From Elusimicrobiota bacterium (GTDB taxonomy: Bacteria; Elusimicrobiota; Endomicrobiia; CG1-02-37-114; JAHJSO01), in contig JBDRQF010000053.1 of assembly GCA_043826435.1 (NCBI GenBank), positions 38,049-102,048 of the forward strand: 64,000 nt of DNA. Reading direction: 5' to 3'. Under the pieces are notes generated by a model that was given only the letters and a program-made list of their open reading frames with translations, was not told the DNA's origin and searched no databases. Position 1 is the stretch's first letter. Each line of letters begins with the position of its first letter. The translations under genes and the position numbers were made by a program. Below, in pieces: positions 40,597 through 51,101 of this stretch.

Positions 40597-42749
40597 TGGT
40601 TGTCTCGTTGGTTATTTTGTTGGTTTCCGGTTTGTTTTGGTATGTAAAAGGTAAAAGTTGAGCCCTTTTCCGGTTCCGACCGGACGCTTATTCCGCCGCC
40701 GTGCGCCTCAACTATGTATTTGCATATCGTCAGGCCGAGGCCTGTCCCGCCCCTTTTCTGTCCCGTTACCTGGCCGAACTTGTCAAAAATCTTTTCCAGG
40801 TAGTGTCCGTGGATACCTTCACCGTTGTCGGTTACGTGGACCGTGAGACGGTCCGGGGAATCCATCAGTCCGATTAAAATTTTACCGTTTTCAGGAGTGA
40901 ACTTTATTGCGTTGCCGACCAAATTTATTATTGCCCTTTCAATGAGTTTTCCGTCCGCCCTGATTGCCGTGTTCTGCGTGCCGTTTAACAATTCAACCGT
41001 TGCCTGTATTGATTTTTTCACCAGTTGCGGCTCAAGTAACTCCAGCACCTTCTTTGAGATATTGTACACATCTATACCGGTCGGCTGGATTTCCATCCTG
41101 CCTGATTCAAGTTTAGCAAGGTCAAGTATGTCGTTTATCATCCCCATAAGCCGCAGGGACGCCCTGTCCATGGTCTCTATCATTTTTTTCTGTTGCTGTG
41201 TGAGCGGTCCGCCGATGCCGTCCAGCAGAAACTTCATAAAGCCCCTGATGGAAGTCATGGGGTTCCTTAAGTCGTGCGTGATGGAGTGCAGGAAGTCGTC
41301 TTTCATCCTGTCAATTTCTTTTTCAAGCGTGATGTCGCGGACGACGGTCACTATGCCTATCGTTTCACCTTTCAGGGTTATGACGGGTTTTGTGGCGGCC
41401 TTGTAGAAACGCAGCGCCTTTTCCTGCGAAAGGTCAATTTCACGCACCGCCATGTTTTCGGTATCTCCTATGTTTAAAAGTTCAGTCATCGCCTCCCGCA
41501 ACCTTTTATCGGAAATGTAATCCCACAATACCTTTCCCTCAACCGGTTGTTTTCCGATGCCGATTATGTTTCTGGCAGGTGTATTGACAAGCAGTATTTC
41601 ACCTGTGTGGTCGGTCATTATTATCCCGTCGGCGATTGAAAATATTATCGCTTCTGTTTTTGTTTTTTCCGCTATTATTTTGTCAATCTGCATGTCGTCG
41701 TATTTTTTTAATTCGTCAGTCATATCGTTGAATGTCGTTATCAGGTTGTTTAACTCGTCGTTTGTCCGGAGGCTTATTTTTGAGGAGAAATCCCTCCGGG
41801 CGATGTTGCCGGCGGATTTTATAAGGATGAGGATGGGTTTTGTAAGGTTCCGTGCTACAAAGAATGCGACGAGTGCGCTCAGGAAAACGCTCAGAACAAT
41901 TAACAGGACTGCCTGGTTCCTCATAACTATACTGGAATGGTATGCTTCGTCCCTGGATTGTTCAACGATAATAAACCAGTCAAGCCCTTTTATGCTGTCA
42001 TAGGAGCCGACAATCCACTCGCCCGGGCTTTTTTCGTATTCGCAGGAACCGTCACTTAAAGAGCGGACCGCCTGTCGGACAATGGACAGCCCGCCCGCAT
42101 CCTGAAAGATTTTATTTTTGTCCCTGTGTGCAATAATTTTGCCTAATGAATCAACCAGAAAAGCATGTCCTGTCCTGCCTGCTTTTATTGAATACAATTC
42201 ATTCCATGGATCTTCCAGTGTTAGGACAATATGCAGTAAAACATTTTCATTTATCTTATATAAAAGATTCAGTTGGGGTCTGTCCTCAAAGTAATAGAGT
42301 TTGCTTATTGCCCTTTTGGTTTTTTTACTGACAATTTCCTGAAATATTTGTTCTTTACTTCTGTTAATCAATCGGGTCTGTTTTTCCAGGACAGGGTTAT
42401 ATATCTTTGTTCTTTCCCTGCCCGATGGGTCCATCATAGAAATAGAAACGATGTTTTTGTGTGACTCCAGCATTGTTTTTAGACCTATCTCCCGTGTTTC
42501 CCACGGGATTTCGGGTGCAGAGAGTATATTTATAATGTATGGTATTTCTTTGTCTATCATGTTCAGGTATGAATTTATTTTTTCAGCGAATGAGCGGGCT
42601 GTCTGGATGTGTAATTTTAGTATTGCTTCCTGCAGGGCTTCTCTGTTGATGTTTACCGTGCGTATCCCTACGAATGTCAACGGGACGACGCTCAGGAATA
42701 TGATAATCAGGGCGAATTTAAGGAAAAGGGGTAACCGGATTTTTTTCAT
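40593..42749 (-). CDS. Sensor histidine kinase (Cache-HAMP-PAS-HisKA-HATPase)
   Basis: ITHDLRNPM; NLVGNAIKFT; DNGEG; GTGLGL. Confidence 0.93.
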   Translation of the reverse strand: MKKIRLPLFLKFALIIIFLSVVPLTFVGIRTVNINREALQEAILKLHIQTARSFAEKINSYLNMIDKEIPYIINILSAPEIPWETREIGLKTMLESHKNIVSISMMDPSGRERTKIYNPVLEKQTRLINRSKEQIFQEIVSKKTKRAISKLYYFEDRPQLNLLYKINENVLLHIVLTLEDPWNELYSIKAGRTGHAFLVDSLGKIIAHRDKNKIFQDAGGLSIVRQAVRSLSDGSCEYEKSPGEWIVGSYDSIKGLDWFIIVEQSRDEAYHSSIVMRNQAVLLIVLSVFLSALVAFFVARNLTKPILILIKSAGNIARRDFSSKISLRTNDELNNLITTFNDMTDELKKYDDMQIDKIIAEKTKTEAIIFSIADGIIMTDHTGEILLVNTPARNIIGIGKQPVEGKVLWDYISDKRLREAMTELLNIGDTENMAVREIDLSQEKALRFYKAATKPVITLKGETIGIVTVVRDITLEKEIDRMKDDFLHSITHDLRNPMTSIRGFMKFLLDGIGGPLTQQQKKMIETMDRASLRLMGMINDILDLAKLESGRMEIQPTGIDVYNISKKVLELLEPQLVKKSIQATVELLNGTQNTAIRADGKLIERAIINLVGNAIKFTPENGKILIGLMDSPDRLTVHVTDNGEGIHGHYLEKIFDKFGQVTGQKRGGTGLGLTICKYIVEAHGGGISVRSEPEKGSTFTFYIPKQTGNQQNNQRDNQ

Positions 42750-42767
42750 TATAAAGTCCTATCCCAT

Positions 42768-42851
42768 ATTATATTCTATATTTTCAATAAAATCAAGTAA
42801 TTTCTGAAAAAACCGGAAAAATTTGCAATTTCCGTCAAAATTTTGTATCCT
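42768..42851. promoter_or_regulatory. Divergent promoters: minus TTGATT-17-TATAAT; plus TTGCAA-17-TATCCT
   Basis: Minus 42796-42768; plus 42823-42851. Confidence 0.55.
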
Positions 42852-42860
42852 GATACGTCA

Positions 42861-44897
42861 ATGAAACAGGCAAAACAAAACGTAAAATTAAACAAACAAT
42901 ATCCGGAGGCAGGACAGGTCAGCCACAGCGCAATAAAGGCCACTGTTACGGGGAGTGGTTTCGCCGGTTTCATCATACCGGCGTTACTTTCACTCCTCCT
43001 GTTGCTTAACCCTCTTTTCCCCGACGTGCAGATAACGAGACCCAAACTGCTTTTAATAGAAGTTAGCGTGTTCATCCTCCTGCTTGCCTTTGTCCTGCTG
43101 GTTTTATCGGGCGCTGAATTTTCATGCTACACGGGTGCGCTCGCCCTGCCGGTCCTGGTCTATGTAATTTTTATCTTAGTATATTATTTCCTGGTTCCCA
43201 ACAGGGCGGTTGCACAAAGCGAACTAAAAAGGATGTTACTGTGTTCCGTGATATTTTTTATTTCAGCCAGCGCCCTGAGTGACAACAGGCACAGGGTTAT
43301 GGTTATCTATTTCTGGATAGCCGGCTCATTCTTGTCCGTCGTGTACGGCCTTTTCCAGCACTGGGGACGCGTATGGATTTTTGAAGTACCGAAAGAAGGC
43401 AGGATATATTCAACCTACGGCAACCCGATATTTTTTGCTGCGCACATTGTGATGCTTCTGCCTCTGGTATTGGGCGCCTTTTTTCAGGCCAGGAGGTATG
43501 TCCTGAAATTCCTCCTCCTTGCGGTCTTTGCATCAGGGCTGGCGGCCCTCTACTGGACGCAGACACGCGCTGCGTGGATAGGTTTCGCCGTCTCAATCGC
43601 AATATTCGGTTTTCTGGGCATAAAGACACTAAAGACGAGGGTTATATTCCTGTCCGTTTTCCTGGCGGTCGTTGCGGCCTTTTCGGTTATCACATGGAAT
43701 GTATGGCTCAGGCACCAGGCACACCCTTTGATCTGGAAGGACACGCTCAATATGTGGCTCCACTCCCCGTTGTTCGGTACGGGCCCAGGGACGTTCCATA
43801 TAAATTTTCCCGGGTTTGCGTCAAAGGAATTACTCTCCATCTGGCCCCAGACGCAGAACATAATAAACGATGCGCACAACGAGTACCTGCAGATCCTGTC
43901 TGAAACAGGGGTAGCCGGGCTGGGGATATTCATGGTTATCCTGTTTTACTTTTTCAGGACGGCAACCGGGATGGTAAAGCGGTTCCAGGGTGACGGCGTG
44001 CGGGAAAGGGGCGGGACAGGGGAACGTTTCATAATTACCGGGTTGTTGTGTTCAGCTGTGGCTATACTTGCCCAGAATGTTTTTTCCGTTGATATGAGGT
44101 TCATAATCTCCGCATTTTACTTGTTTTTGGCGATGGGTATCGTATCTTCCGTTGAGGCCGGTATGGCGGGCAGGGTGGCTAAACACAAACTGAACCTTGC
44201 GCCCCCCGTGAGATACGTTTTAATGATGGCAGTCCTTGCGTATTCGGGCGTTATCAATGTGAGCAGGAATTCAAAGCAGGAGTTGAGCATAAATTTTATG
44301 CAGGTGCTCCATTTTAATCCGGGGCAGAGGAAATTTTCATCCGGCATGATGCCGGGCGGTTTCGGGTTATTGCCTTCAATTGTCCACCCGTACCTGGCGC
44401 ACAAGACGCTGGCTGAAGAGGTGGATTTTTTTGATGAGAAGGTGCTGGAACCGTACAAAACGATTTCCGAACTGGAACAACTGGCGGGCAGTGATGACGG
44501 CAGGTTTTTAAGTGAGATGAAAATTTCTGCCGCACAGTTGAAACCGGCAAGGGCGAAGATTTATGAAAAACTTGCGTGGGTCTATGCGAAAGAGAAAAAT
44601 TTTAATAAGGCGATAGGGAATTACATGAAGTCAATTGACTTAAACCCCGGTTTACCGGGCCCCTATAACAATCTGGGTAACATATATTTCTTAATGAACA
44701 ACAGGAAAGAGGCGATAAAATTTTACAGGAGGTCGGTGGAGATTAATCCGGGACAGGTTGACGCCTATACCAACCTCGGCATCGCCCATTATTATGAGGG
44801 ACAGTTAAGCGAGGCGGCCGCTGCCTTTAACAGGGTTATACAGCTTGACCCCGGCAACGAAAAGGCGATAGTGATGCTTAAGAAAATGAGGGAATGA
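42861..44897 (+). CDS. O-antigen ligase-like (Wzy_C) protein with C-terminal TPRs
   Basis: STYGNP; TRAAW; PLFGTGPGTF; AHNEYLQILSETG; TPR repeats. Confidence 0.85.
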   Translation: MKQAKQNVKLNKQYPEAGQVSHSAIKATVTGSGFAGFIIPALLSLLLLLNPLFPDVQITRPKLLLIEVSVFILLLAFVLLVLSGAEFSCYTGALALPVLVYVIFILVYYFLVPNRAVAQSELKRMLLCSVIFFISASALSDNRHRVMVIYFWIAGSFLSVVYGLFQHWGRVWIFEVPKEGRIYSTYGNPIFFAAHIVMLLPLVLGAFFQARRYVLKFLLLAVFASGLAALYWTQTRAAWIGFAVSIAIFGFLGIKTLKTRVIFLSVFLAVVAAFSVITWNVWLRHQAHPLIWKDTLNMWLHSPLFGTGPGTFHINFPGFASKELLSIWPQTQNIINDAHNEYLQILSETGVAGLGIFMVILFYFFRTATGMVKRFQGDGVRERGGTGERFIITGLLCSAVAILAQNVFSVDMRFIISAFYLFLAMGIVSSVEAGMAGRVAKHKLNLAPPVRYVLMMAVLAYSGVINVSRNSKQELSINFMQVLHFNPGQRKFSSGMMPGGFGLLPSIVHPYLAHKTLAEEVDFFDEKVLEPYKTISELEQLAGSDDGRFLSEMKISAAQLKPARAKIYEKLAWVYAKEKNFNKAIGNYMKSIDLNPGLPGPYNNLGNIYFLMNNRKEAIKFYRRSVEINPGQVDAYTNLGIAHYYEGQLSEAAAAFNRVIQLDPGNEKAIVMLKKMRE

Positions 44898-44921
44898 GGA
44901 CGTTGAAAAAGGTTAAATAAA

Positions 44922-46094
44922 ATGGGACAGCCGGCGAGATTGTGTCAGCACTTCGGCGTTTGCGGGGGATGTTCTTTCCAGGATATTCCGTATCAGCAGC
45001 AACTCTCCTCAAAGCAAAAAAGAATAGAACAACTGTTTGGCGGATTTCCCGCAGGGGACGTCCTTCCCATCATCCCTTCGCCTGATATTTATTTCTACCG
45101 TAACAAGATGGAGTTTGTCTTCGGAGAGCCGCTCTGCCTGGGACTGAGACAGAGGGGGAGTTTCAGCAATATCGTCAATATTAAAGAGTGCCTGATATTT
45201 TCGCAAAAGGCGCCCGGGCTGCTTGATGCGGCGCGCAGGTGGGCGGCAGAATCCCCCATCCCCGTTTTCGCGCTTAAGAAACAATCCGGCGTTTTAAGAT
45301 ACATGGTTACCCGCGAAGCGAAAAAAACGGGTAAATTAATGGTGAATATGATTGTTTCCGCCACCCCGTATAAATTTGAGAATGAATTCAGAAAATATTT
45401 TGACAGGTTCCTTGAAATAGCCGGGAAAAACAACGTTGCGGTTGATTGTTTTACCGTCGGGCTGAATGACAAAAAAACTGACATCGCCCTGGCGGAAAAA
45501 AACTACCTGATAAACGGCGTCCCTTCAATAGAAGAAAAGATAGGCGGGTTAACCTACATAATATTCCCTTATACCTTCTTCCAGCCGAACCCGCTTGCGT
45601 CTGAAAAACTCTACGGGGTAGTCCGGGAATGGGTAGAGCAGGATGCCGGCTCAACCGCGGTTGATTTGTTCTGCGGTTCAGGGGGTATCACACTCTGGAC
45701 GGCGGACGTTTTTGAAAAGACAATAGGCATTGAACACAACCCTTTGTCCGTTGAGAACGCCCTTAAGAATGCTGAGATTAACGGAATCACCAATTGTGAA
45801 TTCATATTAGATAGAGTTGAGACGTTTGTGAAGAAACTGCTGTCATCAACCTTTGCGATGAAGTTGTCAACCGTAATAATTGACCCGCCGAGGCCGGGGA
45901 TACCCAGGAAGGCCGTCGGGTCAATCATTGAAATGAACCCCAGGGCGATAATATACGTGTCCTGCAACCCGGAAACGGCAGTGTCGGATTTGCAATCCCT
46001 GTCTAAATTTTATAAAATAGAAAAGATACAGCCGGTGGATATGTTCCCTCACACGCCGCACATTGAGGTCGTGATTAAAATGGTTCACAGGTAA
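44922..46094 (+). CDS. rlmD: 23S rRNA m5U methyltransferase (RlmD/TrmA family)
   Basis: C.HFGVCGGC; YRNKMEF; FFQ.N; DPPR.G; YVSCNP; DMFPHTPHIE. Confidence 0.9.
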   Translation: MGQPARLCQHFGVCGGCSFQDIPYQQQLSSKQKRIEQLFGGFPAGDVLPIIPSPDIYFYRNKMEFVFGEPLCLGLRQRGSFSNIVNIKECLIFSQKAPGLLDAARRWAAESPIPVFALKKQSGVLRYMVTREAKKTGKLMVNMIVSATPYKFENEFRKYFDRFLEIAGKNNVAVDCFTVGLNDKKTDIALAEKNYLINGVPSIEEKIGGLTYIIFPYTFFQPNPLASEKLYGVVREWVEQDAGSTAVDLFCGSGGITLWTADVFEKTIGIEHNPLSVENALKNAEINGITNCEFILDRVETFVKKLLSSTFAMKLSTVIIDPPRPGIPRKAVGSIIEMNPRAIIYVSCNPETAVSDLQSLSKFYKIEKIQPVDMFPHTPHIEVVIKMVHR

Positions 46095-46095
46095 A

Positions 46096-48360
46096 GTGGA
46101 AACGTCCAAAGAAAAAATCCTTAACGCACTGAACAAACCGCAGCAGGAGGCGGTTTTGCATGTCCACGGACCCCTGCTGGTGCTTGCCGGCGCGGGCACG
46201 GGTAAGACACGTGTAATAACCTACAGGGTGGCATACCTGCTGTCATTGGGTATCCGTCCTGAAAACATCCTTGCCATTACCTTTACCAATAAAGCGGCTG
46301 AAGAGATGAAGCGCAGAATTTCAGTCCTTGCGCCCGGGCAGGGGGCATACGTGTGGGTTTCAACTTTCCACTCGTTCGCCGCCAGGTTATTGAGGATGGA
46401 AGCGCAGAACATAGGTATAAGTAAGAACTTCGTAATATACGACGAAATAGACCAGAAAAACGTCATCAAAGAGTGCCTGAGGGAACTTAACATAGATGAG
46501 AAAAAATATAAGATAGGCATTGTCCAGGATATTATAAATAGGGCGAAGGACGACCTGATTGACGCCGGCTCGTATGCGATATACGCATCTGCCGAAAACG
46601 ACGCCCTGAAACACACGATAGCGAACGTATATACGTCTTACCAGAAAAAACTTCAGCAGAACAGCGCAGTGGACTTCGGCGACCTCCTGCTTAAGGCCAA
46701 TGACGCCCTGCATACATCGGCCGGGCTGCAGAAAAAATACCAGGAAAGGTTCATGTACATACTTGTGGACGAATTCCAGGACACGAACAGGGCGCAGTAC
46801 GTTTTAATAAAACACCTTACTTCGGAAAACAAGAACCTTTGCGTAGTGGGTGACGACGACCAGTCAATATATTCATGGCGCGGGGCGAATATAAGAAACA
46901 TACTCGGTTTTGAGAACGACTTTTCCGGTTGCAGGGTTGTAAAACTTGAACAGAACTACAGGTCAGCGAAAAATATTCTTGAGTGCGCCTGGATGGTTAT
47001 CAAGAATAACCGCTACAGGATGGACAAGAAACTGTGGACGCTGAAGCAAGCCGGAGAAACCATCCGCCTGCAGATGCGCCCGGATGAAATCTCCGAAGCG
47101 GGATACGTGACGCAGGTAATCAGGGGCCTCGTTGCGTCGGGGGATGCAGGTTACAGGGACTTTGCCGTTTTTTACAGGACGAACGCACAGAGCAGGGTAA
47201 TAGAGTCCGCGTTACAGAAGGCAAAGATCCCGTATGTCCTGGTAGGGACGGTCCGGTTCTACGAGAGGAAGGAAATAAAGGACATAGTTTCCTATTTAAG
47301 GGTAATCATAAATCCCGACGACAACGTCAGTTTAAAAAGGATAATCAACAGGCCGCACAGGGGCATAGGGGATGGCTCAATAAAACCGTTTATGGAATAC
47401 GCCAAAAGGAAAGACGTTTCGCTGTGGCGCGCACTCAACCATTATGATGGCGTGCCCGTTGCGGCAAGGACTGCCGGTAACATAAAGGCGTTTGTTGACA
47501 TGATAACCCGTTTCAGGGGAAAGAGGGATGGGATGGCGGCGGTTGACCTGACGCGCATGGTAATGGAAGAAACCGGCTATGTTGCGGAACTTGAACGGGA
47601 AAACAGTTATGAATCAAAAGAGCGGCTTTCAAATATCAGGGAGTTATTGTCCGCAGTGGCTGAACATTCGGAACTCAACCCCGGCGTGGACATTGAGTCG
47701 TTCCTTTCCGACGTGTCGCTGGCGACGGATATTGATTCATGGGATATTGACAGAAAAGGCGTTGATGCGGTTACCCTGATGACACTGCACCTGGCAAAGG
47801 GACTGGAGTTTGAAACGGTTTTTATGACGGGTATGGAAGAGGGACTTTTTCCCATCGGTTCCGCCGTTATTGAGGAAAACCCGTCGGAACTTGAAGAAGA
47901 ACGCCGACTCTGTTATGTAGGCATTACCCGTGCGAAGTCAAGGTTGTTCATGAGTTATACGGAGGTCAGGCGCCTGTACGGACAGTTGAGGTTTAATGCG
48001 CCGTCAAGGTTTATCCAGGAGGCCGGTGTAAGCGATTATATGGAAAACACGACCCATCCACTGGACGGGTGCCCCGGGGATGCCGGTGAGCCGGATGTCG
48101 TTTGTCATCCGGATACTGTTTGTCGTTCGGACGCCGCAGAAACGCATTCTGACGGCACCGTGGATTTAAACAAACTTAGAACAGGCAGGGTTATAGAACA
48201 CCCTGATTTCGGCAAGGGCAGGATTATAAAGATAACGGGCAGAGGAGATGAGATGAAATTGACCGTTAATTTTGAATGCGGCGGGCAGAAAAAAATATTA
48301 GCAAAATATGCTGACCTGAAAATGACGGGGTCAGGAATGGGGTCAGGTCTTGACATTTGA
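46096..48360 (+). CDS. pcrA: UvrD/PcrA DNA helicase
   Basis: AGAGTGKT; VDEFQDTN; GDDDQSIY; H.AKGLEF; EEERRL; C-terminal HPDFG domain. Confidence 0.93.
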   Translation: METSKEKILNALNKPQQEAVLHVHGPLLVLAGAGTGKTRVITYRVAYLLSLGIRPENILAITFTNKAAEEMKRRISVLAPGQGAYVWVSTFHSFAARLLRMEAQNIGISKNFVIYDEIDQKNVIKECLRELNIDEKKYKIGIVQDIINRAKDDLIDAGSYAIYASAENDALKHTIANVYTSYQKKLQQNSAVDFGDLLLKANDALHTSAGLQKKYQERFMYILVDEFQDTNRAQYVLIKHLTSENKNLCVVGDDDQSIYSWRGANIRNILGFENDFSGCRVVKLEQNYRSAKNILECAWMVIKNNRYRMDKKLWTLKQAGETIRLQMRPDEISEAGYVTQVIRGLVASGDAGYRDFAVFYRTNAQSRVIESALQKAKIPYVLVGTVRFYERKEIKDIVSYLRVIINPDDNVSLKRIINRPHRGIGDGSIKPFMEYAKRKDVSLWRALNHYDGVPVAARTAGNIKAFVDMITRFRGKRDGMAAVDLTRMVMEETGYVAELERENSYESKERLSNIRELLSAVAEHSELNPGVDIESFLSDVSLATDIDSWDIDRKGVDAVTLMTLHLAKGLEFETVFMTGMEEGLFPIGSAVIEENPSELEEERRLCYVGITRAKSRLFMSYTEVRRLYGQLRFNAPSRFIQEAGVSDYMENTTHPLDGCPGDAGEPDVVCHPDTVCRSDAAETHSDGTVDLNKLRTGRVIEHPDFGKGRIIKITGRGDEMKLTVNFECGGQKKILAKYADLKMTGSGMGSGLDI

Positions 48361-48402
48361 CAAAAGTTGCAGTTGATTACTGACGGAGGCAGGGATTCAA
48401 TA

Positions 48403-48687
48403 ATGATTACAAAAAAAGAAGTTGAATATGTCGCCAATCTGGCGCGACTTGAACTGACTGAAGAAGAAAAAGAAACATATACTTTGCAGTTGGCAAAAAT
48501 ACTCGGCCACATGGAAGAATTAAACAAACTTGATACGTCCGGAGTTACGCCGACGTCGCATGTCCTGCCCATGAAGAACGTGGACAGGGAGGACGTCGGG
48601 ATGCCTTTTGAAGGCAGGGAGGATATTCTTGCAAACGCCCCTGAAACAGAGGGCAGGTATATTAAGGTCAGGAAGATTATAGAGTGA
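48403..48687 (+). CDS. gatC: Asp/Glu-tRNA amidotransferase subunit C
   Basis: VANLARL; L..LDT..V.PT; REDV; NAP. Confidence 0.93.
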   Translation: MITKKEVEYVANLARLELTEEEKETYTLQLAKILGHMEELNKLDTSGVTPTSHVLPMKNVDREDVGMPFEGREDILANAPETEGRYIKVRKIIE

Positions 48688-48702
48688 CCGCGAAAGGCAG
48701 AA

Positions 48703-50217
48703 ATGGAATTACATAAACTTTCAGCGATTGAATTAAGCAAAAAGATAGTCACGCGTGAAATATCCGCTGTTAAAACGGTTGAATATTTTCTTGACAGAAT
48801 AACCCTGCTTGAGCCGGAAATTTCCGCTTTCAACTTTGTGTTTAAGGACGCAGCGATTGAAAAAGCAAAGGAGATAGACGGAAAAATTTCAAACGGTCAA
48901 CCCTGCGGTCCGTTGTGCGGTGTGCCCGTGGCGATAAAGGACAACATAAACATAAAAGGTGCGCCGACTACATGTTCTTCCAAAATACTGAAGGACTATA
49001 TAAGTCCCTATGATGCCGCCGTAATTTCACGGCTAAGGGATTCCGACGCCGTATTCATCGGCAAGACAAATATGGACGAGTTCGCAATGGGGTCATCAAC
49101 CGAAAACTCGGCATTCAAAATTACGAAAAATCCATGTGGTAAGGAATACATACCGGGCGGCTCGTCCGGAGGCAGCGCGGCGGTTGTGGCTTCGGGGATG
49201 TGCCTGCTTTCCATCGGTTCGGACACAGGCGGTTCCATAAGGCAGCCGGCGAGTTTCTGCGGCGTCGTGGGTTTAAAGCCCACATACGGCAGGGTTTCCA
49301 GGTACGGGCTTGTTGCGTTTGCCTCTTCGCTTGACCAGATAGGACCCTTTGCGGCCAACGTCAGGGATTGTGCGGAACTTTTAAGGATTATATCCGGCTA
49401 CGATTTCAGGGATTCAACGTCCATTGATTCCGCCCTGCCCGGCGATATTTCTTCCCGCATTGAAAGAGACATTAAAGGGATAAAGGTCGGCTTGCCGAAA
49501 GAATATTTCATCCAGGGTATAGACCCTGAGATTACACAATCAATAAATAAATCCGTGGATATTTTAAAAGGCATGGGCGCCGACATAATTGAAATTTCAC
49601 TCCCGCATACCGGGTATGCCCTGTCTGTGTATTATATAATAGCCCCGTCGGAGGCAAGCGCCAACCTGGCGCGATACGACGGCGTTAAATACGGGTTCAG
49701 GGCGGATATTTCCGCAGACACCTTGTCCGTTATGGAAGCCGGCGGGGAACCGTCGGGCGAACTATTGTCCATTTATAAAAAGACAAGGGGCGAGGGGTTC
49801 GGGCCTGAGGTAAAAAGAAGGATTATGTTAGGCACTTACGCCCTGTCGTCCGGTTATTACGAGGCGTATTACGGCAAGGCGCAGAAAGTCAGGACACTGA
49901 TAAAAAATGATTTTGATGAGGCGTTCAAAAAGGTGGACGTTATATTGACCCCCACAACACCGACCACTGCTTTCAAAATAGGAGAGAAGGTTCAGGATCC
50001 GCTACAGATGTACCTGTCGGATATTTTCACGATACCCTGCAATCTCGCAGGGCTGCCCGGCATATCCGTCCCCTGCGGCTGGACGAAGGGAGGCCTTCCC
50101 GTGGGGATGCAGATTCTCGGCAGGCCGCTTGATGAAGAGACAGTCCTCAGGGTCGCTTACAATTTTGAAAAAAATAGCCCGGCACTACGCCCGGCACTAC
50201 GGGGGAACGCTGTATGA
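48703..50217 (+). CDS. gatA: Asp/Glu-tRNA amidotransferase subunit A
   Basis: KTNMDEFAMGSSTE; GGSSGGS; GSDTGGSIRQPA; EVKRRI. Confidence 0.96.
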   Translation: MELHKLSAIELSKKIVTREISAVKTVEYFLDRITLLEPEISAFNFVFKDAAIEKAKEIDGKISNGQPCGPLCGVPVAIKDNINIKGAPTTCSSKILKDYISPYDAAVISRLRDSDAVFIGKTNMDEFAMGSSTENSAFKITKNPCGKEYIPGGSSGGSAAVVASGMCLLSIGSDTGGSIRQPASFCGVVGLKPTYGRVSRYGLVAFASSLDQIGPFAANVRDCAELLRIISGYDFRDSTSIDSALPGDISSRIERDIKGIKVGLPKEYFIQGIDPEITQSINKSVDILKGMGADIIEISLPHTGYALSVYYIIAPSEASANLARYDGVKYGFRADISADTLSVMEAGGEPSGELLSIYKKTRGEGFGPEVKRRIMLGTYALSSGYYEAYYGKAQKVRTLIKNDFDEAFKKVDVILTPTTPTTAFKIGEKVQDPLQMYLSDIFTIPCNLAGLPGISVPCGWTKGGLPVGMQILGRPLDEETVLRVAYNFEKNSPALRPALRGNAV

Positions 50218-51101
50218 TAGGTAAAAAAATAAGGATAGAAATAATTATCCTGGTGCTGATAGCCATCTTAGGTATCGTAATATCGCACGGGTATTATGTC
50301 GTCCGTACCAGGAAGCAGGTGTATGACGTTATCAGCAGGGAAATAGATGAAATCAGAAGTAAGTTCAATGGAGAGTCGGCGATTTATATAAAGGACATCA
50401 GGACGGGGATTGCGGTCCAATACAATGAAGGGATGACTTTCCCGAGCGCCAGTTTGGTGAAGATACCGGTTATGGCATCGGTTTTTCAGGCGGTAAAGGA
50501 AGGGAAAATATCCCTTGGTGACAGGATAAAACTGAAGAGGCACCACAAGGTGGGTGGCTCCGGAAAACTAAAAAGATCCCTGCCGGGCAATTCGTTTACC
50601 GTTGAACAACTGGTTAATTTGATGATAGTTGAAAGCGACAACACCGCCACGAACATGCTTACGGACTTGTTAGGTTTTGAATACATTAACAGGACTTTCA
50701 GGGAGAAATTAAACCTGTCCGTTACCAATTTGAGCAGGGATGTGATGGATTTGCGTTCACGCAACATCGGGATAGAGAACCTGACCACTGCCGGGGAAAT
50801 GGGTGGGATACTTGAAGCCATTTACAGGGGGAAACTGGTTTCAGACGACGCCTCAAAAAAAATGCTATCAATCCTGAAGGAGCAAAAAATAAATGACCGC
50901 ATTCCCCGCTACCTGCCGGACGACGTACTCGTTGCCCACAAGACGGGTCTGATGAACAAACTCTGCCATGATGCGGGCATTATCTTTACAAGAAAGGGCG
51001 ACTTTATAGTATGCGTCCTGACGGGCAAATACCGCAAGACGTCTTATGCAAAAAGGTTCATCGGTGAAATATCCTATACGGCGTTCAGGGCTTACCTATG
51101 A
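50214..51101 (+). CDS. Membrane-anchored class A beta-lactamase-like serine hydrolase
   Basis: SLVK (SxxK), SDN, HKTG; N-terminal TM. Confidence 0.85.
   Translation: MIGKKIRIEIIILVLIAILGIVISHGYYVVRTRKQVYDVISREIDEIRSKFNGESAIYIKDIRTGIAVQYNEGMTFPSASLVKIPVMASVFQAVKEGKISLGDRIKLKRHHKVGGSGKLKRSLPGNSFTVEQLVNLMIVESDNTATNMLTDLLGFEYINRTFREKLNLSVTNLSRDVMDLRSRNIGIENLTTAGEMGGILEAIYRGKLVSDDASKKMLSILKEQKINDRIPRYLPDDVLVAHKTGLMNKLCHDAGIIFTRKGDFIVCVLTGKYRKTSYAKRFIGEISYTAFRAYL

Noticed and set aside
48350..48385. Two TTGACA hexamers as a gatC promoter
   Set aside because: No convincing -10 hexamer at the expected spacing.
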